From Chara braunii (taxonomy: Eukaryota; Plantae; Charophyceae), in assembly GCA_003427395.1 (NCBI GenBank), contig BFEA01000038.1, forward strand, positions 230,466 through 294,465: 64,000 nt of DNA, written 5' to 3'. Position 1 is the stretch's first letter; each line of letters opens with the position of its first letter. Shown here piece after piece: positions 62,895-64,000 of the stretch. The translations under genes were made by a program, and so were the position numbers. The notes beneath the pieces are model-generated. The model was not told the origin of the DNA, did no database searches, and was given only the letters and a program-made list of their open reading frames with translations.

Positions 62895-63758
62895 ATGGCT
62901 AATGTCCTTTGTGAGACAGTGCAGGGATACACGAAGATGTACTTCCCTCTGCACTACACCATAATTCCTCCAAAGGTAGCGGACACTTTAACAAGATCAG
63001 GAGTAAGATGCTTTCGCCTAGACCTGGTCAGAGAGAGAAACCTGCAGGAGCTGGACTGCATCAAGGTCCTCCCAGGCATCTCAGCAAACGTACTACTCAA
63101 CGTGAACGAAAAACTGTTGACAAAGGAGAACCTCCATTCCAACTTCATATTGGAACGTCTGACAGAAGAATGCTGTGCAGCAGCATCTAGGACAAGTTCA
63201 TCAAGAGGAAGTTCGAGGCAGAAATTGGGACACAGGCCGACGCAAGCAGTCCCTGAAACAGCCCAGGCAATCGCATACAAGGATCTCCTCCACATCCAAA
63301 ATCAAGCGGACGCAGCTGCGTCAGATGGACAAGATTAGAGTAGTGCCGTGGAATATCCCGGGGTTAGCGGACACGTCAGGCCGATCCAAAAGGAGAAGAC
63401 TGAAGGGATGGATTCACAATTGGAAAGCAAACTGTATCATGCTCCAGGAAACGAAACTTAACGAAGAGAAAGTGAAAGACATGGTAGCATGGTGGGACGG
63501 ACCACAAGTCTGGGCCCCAGCTCAAGGCACTCGGGAAGGAATGGGGATCCTACTTCACCGAGACCTGCAGGCGGTAGTGGTAGACTCAGAGATGGACATG
63601 TGGGGCAGATGGGCGTGGATGAAGTCTTGTTGGGGATTGAAGACTGGATCTTTATGACAGTTTACACTCCAACAGACGCAAGGGAAAAAACAAACTTTTT
63701 CAACAAACTCATACTGCATGTACCAGTAACAGATAGCTTAGTACTGGCAGGGGACTGG
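62895..63758 (+). mobile_element. Degenerate L1-clade LINE: short ORF1 remnant (62895-63338) overlapping the ORF2 AP-endonuclease N-terminus (63325-63758), frameshifted and 3'-truncated
   Basis: IRVVPWNIPGL, IMLQETKL, GMGILL, GRW; after a frameshift near 63625-63650, MTVYTP..FF..L..LVLAGDW. No RT domain follows. Confidence 0.88.
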
Positions 63759-64000
63759 AAGCCAGCATTCTCAAAAAAAAAACGTAAGAAACGCGCCACT
63801 ACGTCTGTCCCATCCAACCGACGTGCAGGCCTCATTTTCCATGGGCCCAGGGGAAGAGTCGTACGGGGCCCTATCCTTCCTTTAATAGTTATACATCGTC
63901 ACATGAATATATATATATATATATCGTCACAAACAGAACTGCCCGGTAAAACCGTAGGCAGAGAGAGAGAAGAGGACAACAAACGAGGGGCTGTGACAAA

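Overview
Eukaryotic, repeat-rich nuclear DNA from a green-plant lineage. The gene content and style suggest a streptophyte alga or non-seed plant such as Chara (inference). There are three assembly gaps. Only two intact protein-coding genes are supported, both on the minus strand with single-exon CDS: a MAPKKK of the MEKK/NPK1-like (MAPKKK15-21 type) group at 38967-41294, and a plastid-type PotD/PotF-like polyamine-binding protein homologous to Arabidopsis ENF2 at 51984-54695. The rest is a nested mosaic of non-autonomous elements: hAT MITEs with 8-bp TSDs, TTAA-flanked MITEs, Tourist-like MITEs, a tRNA-derived SINE family, a broken L1 LINE, probable LTR remnants, two U6 snRNA pseudogenes, a mitochondrial trnK-UUU NUMT, 18S/28S rRNA fragments and many tandem repeats. 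The two most unusual signals are (i) an array of about nine stem-loops at 13.0-13.7 kb whose stems co-vary while loop and architecture are conserved, and (ii) a modular repeat family (9-24 kb) carrying scrambled sense and antisense 28S rRNA pieces plus U6 and tRNA-like pieces, bounded by a recurrent TACCCTTnnAAGGGTA palindrome. All homologies were recognised by eye from remembered sequences; no search was run, and repeat boundaries are approximate.
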